64,000 bases of DNA from a virus (taxonomy: Duplodnaviria; Caudoviricetes), in the IMG/VR virus record IMGVR_UViG_2906976556_000001, positions 1-64,000 of that record. One strand, written 5' to 3'. A program made the translations under genes and the position numbers. The notes under the pieces are model-generated. The model was not told the DNA's origin. It saw only the letters and a list, made by a program, of their open reading frames with translations, and ran no database searches. Positions 8,581 to 17,246 of this stretch are shown in pieces; positions within the stretch are counted from its first letter, which is position 1; every line of letters begins with the position of its first letter.

Positions 8581-10442
8581 CAGGCGTTCACCGTCTCCCA
8601 GGAAGCGACGCGGCCGGAACCGTCGCGGGTGTAGGTCGTGATCTTTCCGGCCTTTGTCTCGGATTGGATGCGGCCAGCAGAGTCACGGCCGTAGGTGACG
8701 GTAACGCCGTTCTCCACGGCTGAGGTGATCCGTCCGGCGCTGTCTCGGGTCAGGACGGCGGTCTCCACTTTCGGCGCATAACGTGCGTCACCTACCGTTG
8801 CGACGACCTCTGCGACGGCGGTTTCGTCCAGTCCTCCGACCGACTGCCTCACCAATGCCGCGGACACCGCGTCGCCGACGTGCGCCCACCCCGCCGTATT
8901 CGGGTGCAGCCCATCCGGGCCGAGCATGGTGGTCGGGTCCCACCCGGCTGCCGGGTCGACCACCACCACGTTCGGGAATTCCTGCGCCAACACATCCGGG
9001 ATCGACCGCAGATACGTCAGCAGTGCTGTCTTGCCGGTGTAGCCGGTGGCGGTGACTGCGACGGGTTTGATCCACACGATCGTCGGCGGTGTCTGCGACA
9101 GGGTGAGGAGGCAGTCGACGGCAGACACCGCGCCTGCGACACCGCCGGTGGTGAACGTCGCCCGCGCCGTCCCCGCCGACATGCCGTCGAGACGCACCAC
9201 GACAGGTGCCACCCCCAGCGACGCCCGATACGTGGTAGCGCGGGCCTTCTCGTTCGTGGCCTTCGTGAACGTGCGGCCGCCCTGCGTCACCGTCACCGTG
9301 CCCGTCTTGAATGCGGCACCGTCGCCGCCGAACACCGTCAGATACGAGGTGCCCGCCGGGACCGGGAAATCCACATACGCGCCATCGTTGGTGGAGATGG
9401 CGTACGAGTCGCCCGACGCGCCGGCGTAGCCCATCGCCGTGTCCGACCACGCCGGTGACGACGAATACGTCCAACCCGTCGACTCGGTCTTCGACGCAGA
9501 CGACAAGATCGCGCACAGGGCGCGGGCCGACTCCAGGGCGGCGCCGCGGTTAGCCGCATCATCCGGGTCGGCCAGGTTGTTGCCGAGATCGTTGACGACC
9601 ACCACACCGCTACCGGGGGTCCACTCGCCCACACCTGGGGAGAGGGCGGTGATCGCGGTGTCCTGCACCCGATGTCCGCCGACCGCACGATTCCCCGACA
9701 GAGAGAATCCGAACCGGGACGGCAGGGCCCCGAAGAACCCGGCCGCGTCCATCCATGAATTCCCGTACCCGTACAGGGGGACGGCTGGGTACATGCCCGT
9801 CAGGGTGGCTTTCGACGCGATCTGATCCCGCACCTCCGGGGCGAGTTTCGCCTCGGTCACACCTTCGTCGGGGACGCCGCTGCCGCCCTCCGGAAGGGGA
9901 ATCGGTTCGGAGAGCTCGGTGCCACTCGCGGTCTGGTATTCGATCGCGAACGCGGCATCCTCCACCGGGACCGCGCCGACGACACCGAACCCGCGAGCAC
10001 CACGCGACAGTTGCACCGCCGTCGAACCGGGTGCCACATTCACGTGATCGGCGAGGTTGATCTCCACACCCGGCTCTGCCCAGAAGTAGATCGGCGGCTG
10101 CTGCGGCAACACCTGCCCGCCATACGTGAGGTCCTTGAACGTTGCCTTCCACTGCAACTGCGACACATTCGAGGTGGCACTCGTCGGCGCCGGCACCGTC
10201 ACATAGTTGCGGTTCCGGTGCGAGATCTCGCCCGTCAATCCGATGTCGGCGGTGAACGGTGCGACGACCTTGATCTTCATCTGCCCGTTGTCGTCGACCT
10301 GCACCGGCTTACCCGGGTCGAGCATCGGCTCGAAGATCACCCGCCCCGACGCGGGAACATCGTCGTAGACGTCGTCGTCGTCGACACCGTCGATGATGAA
10401 CACGCCGATGTTGACGCGGACAGTGGTGAATCCAACGGCCAT
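8580..10442 (-). CDS. Minor tail protein with SGNH hydrolase domain and C-terminal YD/RHS-like repeats
   Basis: Phage tail-type N-terminus; GNSW, NDLGNN, DGLHPN; repeats TRDSAGRI, YGRDSAGRI, YTRDGSGRV. Confidence 0.75.
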   Translation of the reverse strand: MAVGFTTVRVNIGVFIIDGVDDDDVYDDVPASGRVIFEPMLDPGKPVQVDDNGQMKIKVVAPFTADIGLTGEISHRNRNYVTVPAPTSATSNVSQLQWKATFKDLTYGGQVLPQQPPIYFWAEPGVEINLADHVNVAPGSTAVQLSRGARGFGVVGAVPVEDAAFAIEYQTASGTELSEPIPLPEGGSGVPDEGVTEAKLAPEVRDQIASKATLTGMYPAVPLYGYGNSWMDAAGFFGALPSRFGFSLSGNRAVGGHRVQDTAITALSPGVGEWTPGSGVVVVNDLGNNLADPDDAANRGAALESARALCAILSSASKTESTGWTYSSSPAWSDTAMGYAGASGDSYAISTNDGAYVDFPVPAGTSYLTVFGGDGAAFKTGTVTVTQGGRTFTKATNEKARATTYRASLGVAPVVVRLDGMSAGTARATFTTGGVAGAVSAVDCLLTLSQTPPTIVWIKPVAVTATGYTGKTALLTYLRSIPDVLAQEFPNVVVVDPAAGWDPTTMLGPDGLHPNTAGWAHVGDAVSAALVRQSVGGLDETAVAEVVATVGDARYAPKVETAVLTRDSAGRITSAVENGVTVTYGRDSAGRIQSETKAGKITTYTRDGSGRVASWETVNA

Positions 10443-10514
10443 GTCAGACTCCGATCCAGATAGGTGTGGGCATGGCGGTACTCCAATCGCGAGACAAGGG
10501 GAGGGGGATCGGAA

Positions 10515-11351
10515 TCAGACGACGGTGAGGACGAGATAGGTGGAGGCAGTGATGGTGCCGCGGCCCGAGTTCGGTGACGTGACGGACGCTTCGAGGTGGG
10601 CGACCTCGCCGGTGCCGGTGAACGTCCCGGTGCGGGTGGTGGTGGTCGTCGTGTTCGCGATGGTGACCGAGTCGACGACCGTCGAGCCGTTCACCAGCCG
10701 CATCGACTGGGTGTTGCCGGTGCCCGCCGCGGACGACACAGCGAGCCGATACTCGTAGGAGGCCACCACACCGGCGGGCACTCGGATACCGTCGCCGTCG
10801 ACGATGACCGTCGCCGGGTACCCGGAGCGGACAGCCCACGGGGACAGCCGCGTCCACACGTTGGCGGACGTGAGGATCTGGTTGCCGGACTTGTCGATGC
10901 CCTGGTTCGCGAGCACGTACTGCGACACCGCGACGTCGAACTGCAGCGTTGGCGCCACCTCCACGACAGGGGCTGTGGCAGCGGTGACGTCGAAGTCGAA
11001 GGTCGGCGCGGCCGGCGCGACGGGCACAGTCGACGGGTCGACCGTCAGGGGAAGCTCAGCGGCCACGGCCATCGTGTACGTGCCACCTGTCGGCTGCTGA
11101 ATCACCGTCACGTCGAACGGAAGCTCGGCGGACGCCGGGAGGAAGATGATCGGGGTCTGCGCCACCGCGACATCGAAGAACAGGTCGGCCGCGACATCCT
11201 GCAGAACCGCCTTCTGCGGTTGCCTCGGCACCGTGTCCGGCGGCGCCTGCGACACCGTCATGAACGGGCGCGCCGCCACACTCGACGACCGCGCCGGTCT
11301 CGGAATGGCCGTGACCGGGATAGTCGGCCGGGCGGCGGTGGACGAATCCAC
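10515..11351 (-). CDS. Minor tail protein
   Basis: Beta-rich with repeated L.FDV motifs; start inferred at GTG after the upstream stop. Confidence 0.6.
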   Translation of the reverse strand: MDSSTAARPTIPVTAIPRPARSSSVAARPFMTVSQAPPDTVPRQPQKAVLQDVAADLFFDVAVAQTPIIFLPASAELPFDVTVIQQPTGGTYTMAVAAELPLTVDPSTVPVAPAAPTFDFDVTAATAPVVEVAPTLQFDVAVSQYVLANQGIDKSGNQILTSANVWTRLSPWAVRSGYPATVIVDGDGIRVPAGVVASYEYRLAVSSAAGTGNTQSMRLVNGSTVVDSVTIANTTTTTTRTGTFTGTGEVAHLEASVTSPNSGRGTITASTYLVLTVV

Positions 11352-11353
11352 TG

Positions 11354-11719
11354 TCAGCCCTGCGGCGCCGAGAACGTGGCCGTGATCCGGACCTTCGACG
11401 GGCCCGGGTATTGGATGTTCGAGATCGGCACCGCCCACTTGAACGTCGACCCCGACCAGCACCCCAGATGCGTCGGCGTGACGACGGTAGCGGGGGCGAC
11501 CGGTCCGGGAATGTTGAACTCGACCTCGCTGCCGGCCACCGCCCCATCGACCGCACCAGCGGTCCACGTCGTCGCCACCCGGGAGTAGGAGCCGCCCGAG
11601 ATTTCGTTGGCGCCGGTCGTTCCCGGGTCGCCGGTGTGCAGACTCAGCGAATTGCCTTGGCTGGTCGCCCACACCGCAGCGCCCTCACGGAAATCGGCGG
11701 TCATCTTTATAGCAGCCAT
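11354..11719 (-). CDS. Minor tail protein
   Basis: LSLHTGDPGTTGANEISGGSYSR motif typical of actinophage tail proteins. Confidence 0.75.
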   Translation of the reverse strand: MAAIKMTADFREGAAVWATSQGNSLSLHTGDPGTTGANEISGGSYSRVATTWTAGAVDGAVAGSEVEFNIPGPVAPATVVTPTHLGCWSGSTFKWAVPISNIQYPGPSKVRITATFSAPQG

Positions 11720-11720
11720 G

Positions 11721-12062
11721 TCAGTCTTTCCTTCTCACGGTTCCGCGGTACCAGCAGAAGTCGAATGTGTCGGTGATCGGGGCGACGGCCGGGTAGTGCA
11801 CCATCAGCCGATAGCGGTAGCGGGCGGGTACACCGTCGAGGTCCTCGGACTGCACCCAGAATTCGATGTAGTTGTCGGTGACAGACTCGGCCGGCCACGT
11901 CGCGAGGACGGGAGAGCCGGGCTTGTCGTCTTTCGTGACCTGAATTTCGGCTGTCGTTCCGGTGGGGAACGCGGTGTCCGACTGGGCTTTGTTGTAGCGG
12001 TGCGCCCAGTCAGCGCCTCGGGTCAGGATTAGGTCGTCAACGATGGGGTCGTAGCCGCTCAC
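11721..12062 (-). CDS. Conserved actinophage tail-region protein
   Basis: GYDP...LILTRGADW...WYRGTVRRKD. Confidence 0.65.
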   Translation of the reverse strand: MSGYDPIVDDLILTRGADWAHRYNKAQSDTAFPTGTTAEIQVTKDDKPGSPVLATWPAESVTDNYIEFWVQSEDLDGVPARYRYRLMVHYPAVAPITDTFDFCWYRGTVRRKD

Positions 12063-12367
12063 GAGGCCCTCCTCCAAGATTGGATCTCGCGGTGCCGCGT
12101 TCGCGCCGTCGCCTGATCAATGGACTGGTCGATAAGACCGAGCACGAGATCGGACAAGGCGTCGCACTTGCGGGAGCAGAGATCGAGGTCGGCGATCGCC
12201 TTGTCGAGACGCTCGTCGGCGAACTTCACCGATCCGGCGTACATGTTGGCGATGATCTGGTTCGTGTCAGCTGAGTTGCGGCGACGGTCTTTCAGCCAAG
12301 TCAGCGTGAGGGTGAGAGCTGCGGTCACACCCGAGGCGCCGACCAGCTGTATGACCGTCCCTAGCAT
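12059..12367 (-). CDS. Single-TM lysis-region protein
   Basis: N-terminal TM plus coiled coil. Confidence 0.65.
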   Translation of the reverse strand: MLGTVIQLVGASGVTAALTLTLTWLKDRRRNSADTNQIIANMYAGSVKFADERLDKAIADLDLCSRKCDALSDLVLGLIDQSIDQATARTRHREIQSWRRAS

Positions 12368-12816
12368 TCGCGCCTCTTTCGCTCGGCCTCACGGAACGTG
12401 TCGGAGATTTCGAAGACGCGGTACGCGCAGTACGTTCCGACGCCGATGACGAGCCAGACGCCGGATGAGGTCGGCGGTCCGGAGTTGTAGTCCACGACGG
12501 ACATCACGTAGATCAGTGAGGAGAACGCGACCAGGACGGCGCCTACGCGTTCGATGCCCATAGCCGCGCTGATGTCCCGCCAGCCGATCGTGAGCGACGC
12601 CAACGTCACTGCTCCGCCGAGGAATTGCATCCACATGTAGACGATGTCGGTCCACTCGGGCGAGTTCGTCGCCGACACCGATCCCGGCACTTTGCCTGTG
12701 ATCAGTTGGAAGGCACCCGAAATGGTGAGCATCAGCATGCAGATGCGGTACAGCGGCCAGCTGCCCGAGATGACCTTGCGGCCACCGAGCATGAACATCC
12801 ATGCGCGGCGCAACAT
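12361..12816 (-). CDS. 4-TM lysis-region membrane protein
   Basis: Hydrophobic helices; translationally coupled. Confidence 0.65.
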   Translation of the reverse strand: MLRRAWMFMLGGRKVISGSWPLYRICMLMLTISGAFQLITGKVPGSVSATNSPEWTDIVYMWMQFLGGAVTLASLTIGWRDISAAMGIERVGAVLVAFSSLIYVMSVVDYNSGPPTSSGVWLVIGVGTYCAYRVFEISDTFREAERKRREC

Positions 12817-13244
12817 CACAGCCGCCCTGGAACTTTGACGGCCGATCGCAGCGCCATCAGCAGACACAGCGACAGGTAGACCAGTGCTCCCGGCGCGCCG
12901 AATGGGCTTTGCGATTCGACGACGTCGAACAGGAACGATCCTCCGAAGAACAGGAACCACAACACCATCACCGTCGCGCCGACGATGATCAGCCGGTGCC
13001 GGTCCAATAGTTGACCGCTGATCACGCAGATGCCCGCGGCCATCGCGACGAGACCCCAGGACTGCGGTGCGTACGGAACCGACAGGGCCGTCCCGTACAC
13101 GTGAGATGGGCCGTCCCACAGTGCTTCACCGAACACGAGCGTGAGCGCGCCGTAGCCGATCGCGATCGCACCGAGAACGAGGGTCGCCGTCCTCGCGAAG
13201 AACAGCAGATCCTTCAGCAGGATTGCTATCGAGTGAGGGCTCAT
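12816..13244 (-). CDS. 4-TM lysis-region membrane protein
   Basis: Hydrophobic helices; follows holin. Confidence 0.65.
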   Translation of the reverse strand: MSPHSIAILLKDLLFFARTATLVLGAIAIGYGALTLVFGEALWDGPSHVYGTALSVPYAPQSWGLVAMAAGICVISGQLLDRHRLIIVGATVMVLWFLFFGGSFLFDVVESQSPFGAPGALVYLSLCLLMALRSAVKVPGRL

Positions 13245-13696
13245 AGACCCACCTTCGGCGGCTTGATCGCCAGCTTGTTCTGTACGAGGCTGACGAGCGC
13301 GGTTCCGACGGCGCCGACGCCGAGCCCAATGGCGATCTTCCAATCGGAGGCGGAGGTGTAGTCGAAGCCTGGATCGGCGATCGACTGCACCACTGCGGTA
13401 CCGAATGCGATGACGACGGCCGAAATGATGCCTTGCAGAAGTGTGCGCCAGGCACGCGACGCGGCTTGTGCTTTGATCCAGCCGACCGGGTCGAAGTCGC
13501 CGTCCTCGGTGATCACCGGCGTCGAGGCCGGGAATTGAGTGACAGCTGCGTCGAGACGTGCCCGAGCTTCTGTTTCGACGCGGGCGGCCGCGTCAGCGAT
13601 GACCTGCTCGGCGCGCACACGGACCGCGTCGAGTTCAGTGCCGACCTTCGCCAAGACCTCGCGGGTGACGATCTCCGCTACGGTGTCGCCCATCAC
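13241..13696 (-). CDS. Holin
   Basis: RAWRTLLQG motif, 2 TM, directly after lysin. Confidence 0.75.
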   Translation of the reverse strand: MMGDTVAEIVTREVLAKVGTELDAVRVRAEQVIADAAARVETEARARLDAAVTQFPASTPVITEDGDFDPVGWIKAQAASRAWRTLLQGIISAVVIAFGTAVVQSIADPGFDYTSASDWKIAIGLGVGAVGTALVSLVQNKLAIKPPKVGL

Positions 13697-14478
13697 TTGC
13701 CTGCTTTCAACGCGGTGATGATGATGTCGAGTTTCTGCTCGATGCGTGCGTTCTGCTCGATCGAGAAGTTGTTCTGCTGGATGACGCGGCCGAGTGCGTC
13801 GACGATGGACCGCTTCGACTGGAGGAAATCGCCCAGCTGGGGCCAGCCTCGTTTGCCGTCGTCGCCTTCCGGCCCCATGACCTGTTCGAAAACTCCTGCG
13901 GCGTCTGCCATGTCGTCCTCCTGAGGAAGTAGTGCGTCGCCGAGCCGGAGTGCTCGGTCGTATCTGGCTTGCCGATCAGGCATGCCGTTCGGTGTAGGAA
14001 CCCAGCCGTTCACGCAGCGCGAGACCGCGAGGATGTCGCCGGCGTCGGCGAACGAATTGATCTCCCCGGCGCGGGGACCGCCGCGCAGCCAGTACCAGGA
14101 CGCGGCGAGGAACCCCCAACGTGGTTGCTCGACGAGTTCGGGTCGCTCGACGAACAATTCGGGATTGTCGATGTAACCGACGTCGTGACACCACGTTCCG
14201 AACTTGCGGTAGTTCGACTGCCAGGTGAGTTGGATGGGGCCGCGCCCGCGGTAGCGTGTGCGGTCCCACGACCAGTCGTGCCCGGACGTCTGGATCTCGG
14301 CCATGTACCGCAGGCCCGCCGACTCGTGTCCGATCTGGCTGCACCACGCCGCTGCCCGCCTGACGGTGTCGATCTGCGCCGCGCGCATTGCCTCCTCGAA
14401 GTGCGGGAGGTAGGCGGCGATGGTCGCGTCGGACACGTAGGTTTCCTGCATCGCAGCGCGGAGCGTCTGTGCGTCCAT
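13693..14478 (-). CDS. Lysin A, GH19 glycoside hydrolase part
   Basis: QIGHESAGL, YRGRGPIQLTW..NY. Confidence 0.9.
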   Translation of the reverse strand: MDAQTLRAAMQETYVSDATIAAYLPHFEEAMRAAQIDTVRRAAAWCSQIGHESAGLRYMAEIQTSGHDWSWDRTRYRGRGPIQLTWQSNYRKFGTWCHDVGYIDNPELFVERPELVEQPRWGFLAASWYWLRGGPRAGEINSFADAGDILAVSRCVNGWVPTPNGMPDRQARYDRALRLGDALLPQEDDMADAAGVFEQVMGPEGDDGKRGWPQLGDFLQSKRSIVDALGRVIQQNNFSIEQNARIEQKLDIIITALKAGK

Positions 14479-15065
14479 CAGCGCGGACCCAGGAATTGAT
14501 CTTCGATCAGCGCCCACGTCTCAGCCTGGGCGTCGACCACTGGAACAGGTGCACCAGTGGGTGCTGCGCTGTAGCCCTTCGGTGTGATCATCGACGCCAG
14601 CTTCTCGACCGTGAACCAGTACTCGGAGTAGCCGCCGAAGCGGGCCGGGTCCGCGACGTACACCTGACGCCCGTCCGGCTCGTAGCCCATCACCGTGAAG
14701 TAGTGATAGATCGTGTAATTCGGGTAGCCAGGTGGATGGTTCGATGCCGGGGCGACGATGTTCGCGACGACCCCGTTGCCGCCGTCGATCGACCGGACGA
14801 TGTCGTCCCACAGTCGGTCCACCTGTGCACGCGTCGGCGGATCGTTCGGCATCTCGACGGTGATGTACGGGCGCCCGGAGCGGCGCTGCAGCACTTGGCT
14901 GATCTGCCCGATCCAGTCGGTGCCGTTCGTCGTTGTCCCGAGCTCCAGCGCGAGATCACGTTCAGCGACATCGATACCGAACCCGGTCAGGACGATCTGC
15001 GTCGACGCTGGGCCGCACCAGAATCCAGTCTCCTGAGGGGTGTTGCTGTGCTTGAGGATCGGCAT
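14478..15065 (-). CDS. Lysin A, C39-like peptidase part
   Basis: QETGFWCGPAS, YHYFTVMGY, VADPA. Confidence 0.85.
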   Translation of the reverse strand: MPILKHSNTPQETGFWCGPASTQIVLTGFGIDVAERDLALELGTTTNGTDWIGQISQVLQRRSGRPYITVEMPNDPPTRAQVDRLWDDIVRSIDGGNGVVANIVAPASNHPPGYPNYTIYHYFTVMGYEPDGRQVYVADPARFGGYSEYWFTVEKLASMITPKGYSAAPTGAPVPVVDAQAETWALIEDQFLGPR

Positions 15066-15265
15066 CAGGACTCCTGAAAGACTCGGAGAATGGTTTCGGC
15101 GGTGGTGAAGTCGACCGAGGTGGATGAGGTGGCGCCGGGCTTGGACCGGGCCGCCATGACCGCCACTACATCGGGGACTGTGACGCCGCAGATTTCGGCG
15201 ACCTTCGACACCGTCTGCGACGCTTTGAACGGGGACGCCTGCTCCTTGGTGCGGATGAAGCTCAC
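15065..15265 (-). CDS. Hypothetical protein
   Basis: Coupled small ORF with RBS. Confidence 0.55.
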   Translation of the reverse strand: MSFIRTKEQASPFKASQTVSKVAEICGVTVPDVVAVMAARSKPGATSSTSVDFTTAETILRVFQES

Positions 15266-15618
15266 GGCTCCACCTCCGCGGTGGGCTCTACCTTGACGTC
15301 GGGGTCGCCCGGAGGCGTCTCTTCCACCGGAGGCTTCTCGCCGATTTCGTAGCCGATCTCGGCCAGAGCTTCCGCATGTGTGCACAGCGGGAACGGGATG
15401 GACAGCGCGAGCGAGTTATCGACCCCGGTTTGAGTTATCACCTGCCCGTCGAGCAACTGGCCAGGCGCGATGCGGGTCTCCCGCAGCCCGAATGCAGCCC
15501 AGTCGATTCGCGACACAATCAGGTAGTCGGCGCCGCTATATGGCTCGGACAGTTCGTAGCCGTAAGCCTCACCGGCTTTCCCCGGTATTTGTTCGGTAAT
15601 CCGATATGCGACAGGCAT
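15262..15618 (-). CDS. Hypothetical phage protein
   Basis: THAEALAEIGYEI C-terminal motif; in operon. Confidence 0.65.
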   Translation of the reverse strand: MPVAYRITEQIPGKAGEAYGYELSEPYSGADYLIVSRIDWAAFGLRETRIAPGQLLDGQVITQTGVDNSLALSIPFPLCTHAEALAEIGYEIGEKPPVEETPPGDPDVKVEPTAEVEP

Positions 15619-15620
15619 AT

Positions 15621-16622
15621 TCAGTCCTCAAGTTTCGTGTATTCGATGAGAGTGACGCGGCCGTCGGAGGCCAGACCGCCCTCTCCGTCCGTCGAGCCGA
15701 TACCGTGGCCACGTCCGCCGCCACCGCCACCAGGGCCTGACGGGTAGCCGCCGTTGCCGCCCTTGCCGCCGACAGTTCCGGCGAGCTGCGTTCCGCCGCC
15801 GCCGCCACCGCCGCCGCCATTACCGCGGGCCACAGGACTCAGAACTGCGTCCTGGCCGTCGGATCCGGCTCGGGTCCCGCCGGTAGATCCGCCTGCGCCT
15901 CCAGCAGCGAATGCAGATGAGCCTCCCTGCTCGCCGCCGGTGGGCGCGTCACCCGTGACAGGGTCGGACCCGTCCCCGCCTTTGCCGCCGCGCTCAGTAG
16001 CCGAATTCGAGATCACCGCTCCCTCGACCGAGAGAATGGCGCCGACCCCCGGCACGGACACGACGTGGTTTCCGAAGCGGGACACCCCACCCAGCTGTGA
16101 CGGAATCTGGCCGCCCGCTCCGATCACCACTTCTTCAGTGGCGCCGAGGTCGTGCTCGATCGCTGCGAGCTCGAACCATTGGAATCGGTAGCCGCCCGAC
16201 AGTCCGCCGAGACCGCCGACGCGGGCAGTGACCGTCGAACCGGACCGGCCCGCGTGCCCGCCACCTTCGACTGCGACACCCAGCCGGATCAATCCAGGTG
16301 GTTTCGTCCAAATGCTGTTGAACGCGTAGGTGCGGACGGTGACCGCGCCGCCTTCCAACAGTTCGACACGGTTCTCCAGGCTGGTGAGATCCTCGGTGAT
16401 CTCGCCCGCTTGTGTGACCTGCTCGTCGAGGACCGCGTTGAAGTTCAGGATCCAGTCGGCGATGCCCGCGAACAGGCCACCGAACAGGCCTTGCGCGATG
16501 CCGAACCCGCCGATCTGCTGCCGCAGACCCGCGCGAATCGATTCCTCGGACTGCCCTTGCGCATCCGAGACGGTGCCCTCGACATACGCCTCAGATGGCG
16601 GATTCCCGACCGGATAGGTCAC
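15621..16622 (-). CDS. Glycine-rich minor tail protein
   Basis: WTKPPG followed by Gly-rich domain. Confidence 0.75.
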   Translation of the reverse strand: MTYPVGNPPSEAYVEGTVSDAQGQSEESIRAGLRQQIGGFGIAQGLFGGLFAGIADWILNFNAVLDEQVTQAGEITEDLTSLENRVELLEGGAVTVRTYAFNSIWTKPPGLIRLGVAVEGGGHAGRSGSTVTARVGGLGGLSGGYRFQWFELAAIEHDLGATEEVVIGAGGQIPSQLGGVSRFGNHVVSVPGVGAILSVEGAVISNSATERGGKGGDGSDPVTGDAPTGGEQGGSSAFAAGGAGGSTGGTRAGSDGQDAVLSPVARGNGGGGGGGGGTQLAGTVGGKGGNGGYPSGPGGGGGGRGHGIGSTDGEGGLASDGRVTLIEYTKLED

Positions 16623-17236
16623 AGACCCTTCCAATCCGGGTAGTTCAGAATCTTGTCGCGGCGCTTACCGAGCATCTCCAACGCGAGGACCCGGCGGCGC
16701 TCGGTGTCGTCCTGGCCGAGGAGGTAGCCCTTCACCTCGGACGGCGTCCATTCCGTCGGGTTGAATGTCTTCGGCGGGTCGGTTTCCACCGTCGCGGTGG
16801 CGGGCCCCTCCGCCTCCTCGGGCGGGCGGAATCCCTTGTCCAGCAGCTGCTGGAAGTGCACCTGATTCTGTTCGGTGGTGAATGCGTCCATGTCCTGCGC
16901 CACCATCGGCACCGAATCCGGCTCGTCGAAGTCGACCCACTGCGAAGTGTTGTTCAGCGTGTGATGCTGGCCCATCGCCGGGAGCTTCAGCTTCTTCGTC
17001 TGCACCGGAAGCTTCGACACATGGATGTTGCCGTCGGCGTCGGCGAGCGTATGCAGGTCGGAGACATGCACATACCCGCCCTCCGGGATGCGTTCGGACA
17101 ACACCTCGAGACTGTCGTCGTCCGGGGTGTAGCGGGCGGTGGCGCCGTACACCATCGACCCGACGAACAACCACTGGTGACGCTTCTTCGGATCCTCTTG
17201 GGCGAGGCACCACTGCTGAGTAGGTATGCGCGGCAA
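16619..17236 (-). CDS. Minor tail protein (DUF2744-like)
   Basis: IPTQ..C...DP...HQW motif; position in tail operon. Confidence 0.65.
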   Translation of the reverse strand: MPRIPTQQWCLAQEDPKKRHQWLFVGSMVYGATARYTPDDDSLEVLSERIPEGGYVHVSDLHTLADADGNIHVSKLPVQTKKLKLPAMGQHHTLNNTSQWVDFDEPDSVPMVAQDMDAFTTEQNQVHFQQLLDKGFRPPEEAEGPATATVETDPPKTFNPTEWTPSEVKGYLLGQDDTERRRVLALEMLGKRRDKILNYPDWKGL

Positions 17237-17246
17237 CGTGACCCCC

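Noticed and set aside
6514-11719. Diversity-generating retroelement or invertible tail-fibre switch
   Set aside because: No reverse transcriptase seen, and no template/variable repeat pair or flanking inverted repeats noticed by eye.
15700-15830. GCC-rich repeats
   Set aside because: Poly-Gly coding sequence in a minor tail protein.
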